Below, piece by piece: positions 62,992-64,000 of a stretch of 64,000 nt of DNA. Below the pieces are notes generated by a model that was given only the letters and a program-made list of their open reading frames with translations, made no database searches and was not told the origin of the DNA. The stretch spans positions 87,668,001-87,732,000 of the forward strand of contig OY740785.1 of the NCBI GenBank assembly GCA_963514005.1, given 5' to 3'. The first letter of the stretch is position 1; each line of letters opens with the position of its first letter. The position numbers and the translations under genes were made by a program. The DNA comes from Raja brachyura (Eukaryota).

Positions 62992-64000
62992 TAGAAACAT
63001 AGAAAATAGGTGCAGGAGTAGGCCATTCGGCCCTTCGAGCCTGCACCGCCATTCAATGTGATCATGGCTGATCATCCAACTCAGTATCCCGTACCTGCCT
63101 TCTCTCCATACCCCCTGATCCCTTTAGCCACAAGTGCCACATCTAACGCCCTCTTAAATATAGCCAATGAACTGGCCTCAACTACCTTCTGTGGCAGAGA
63201 ATTCCAGAGACTCACCACTCTCTGTGTAAAGAATGTTTTCCTCATTTCGGTCCTAAAGGAATTCCCCCTTATCCTTAGACCGTGACCCCTTGTTCTGGAC
63301 TCCCCCAACTTCGAGAACAATCTTCCAGCATCTAGCTTGTCCAACCCCTTAAGAATTTTGTACGTTTCTATAAGATCCCCCCTCAATCTTCTAAATTCCA
63401 GCGAGTACAAGCCGAGTCTATCCAATCTTTCCTCATATGAAAGTCCTGACATCCCAGGAATCAGTCTGGTGAATCTTCTCTGTACCCCCTCTATGGCAAG
63501 GATGTCTTTCCTCAGATTTGGAGACCAGAACTGCACGCAATACTCCAGGTGTGGCCTCACCAAAACCCTGTACAACTGCAGTAGAACCTCCCTGCTCCTA
63601 TACTCAAATCCTTTCGCTATGAATGCTAACATACCATTTGCTTTCTTCACTGCCTGCTGCACCTGCATGCCTACTTTCAATGACTGGTGTACCATGACAC
63701 CGAGGTCTCGTTGCATCTCCCCTTTTCCTAATCTGCCACCATTCAGATAATAGTCTACCCTCATGTTTTTGCCACCAAAGTGGATAACCTCACATTTATC
63801 CACATTATACTGTATCTGCCATGCATCTGCCCATTCACTCAGCCTATCCAAATCACCCTGCAGCCTCCAAGCATCCTCCTCACACCTAACTATACCCCCC
63901 AGCTTGGTATCATCTGCAAATTTGGAGATGTTGCATTGAATTCCCTCGTCCAAATCATTAATATATATTGTAAATAGCAGGGGTCCCAGCACTGAGCCTT
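62992..64000 (-). mobile_element. Young CR1 LINE, uninterrupted RT C-terminal ORF (continues beyond window)
   Basis: 303-aa ORF with LGPLLFTIYINDL and FADD; intact 3'UTR and TTTCTATG tail. Confidence 0.97.

Overview
This is eukaryotic genomic DNA. The repeat content (V-SINE/HE1-like, DeuSINE, CR1, Penelope, Rex/Babar) points to a cartilaginous fish, probably a skate or ray; that is an inference. Most of the window is the 3' part of a KIDINS220/ARMS gene on the minus strand. I mapped 24 coding exons by hand (61053 down to stop 8054), all with GT-AG boundaries and consistent phases. They encode the C-terminal ankyrin repeats, the KAP P-loop NTPase (Walker [10 protein letters not shown], Walker B VVVIDGLD) with transmembrane hairpins, the Pro-rich region, the SAM-like region and a tail ending in the PDZ ligand ESIL. 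The first exons lie beyond position 64000. The introns carry many retroelements and MITEs. Highlights: (1) an alternative-splicing layer invisible in the ORF track, with candidate micro/cassette exons, a 46-nt stop exon flanked by inverted CR1s, and a distal alternative terminal exon at 48-185; (2) a natural Tyr-to-Phe change at the site matching rodent Y1096; (3) dispersed minimal hammerhead-ribozyme motifs in Penelope terminal repeats; (4) an LTR-less Gypsy insert that starts exactly at its PBS and is bounded by a 16-bp direct repeat. Comparisons with mammalian sequences are from memory and were not computed. Repeat boundaries are approximate.
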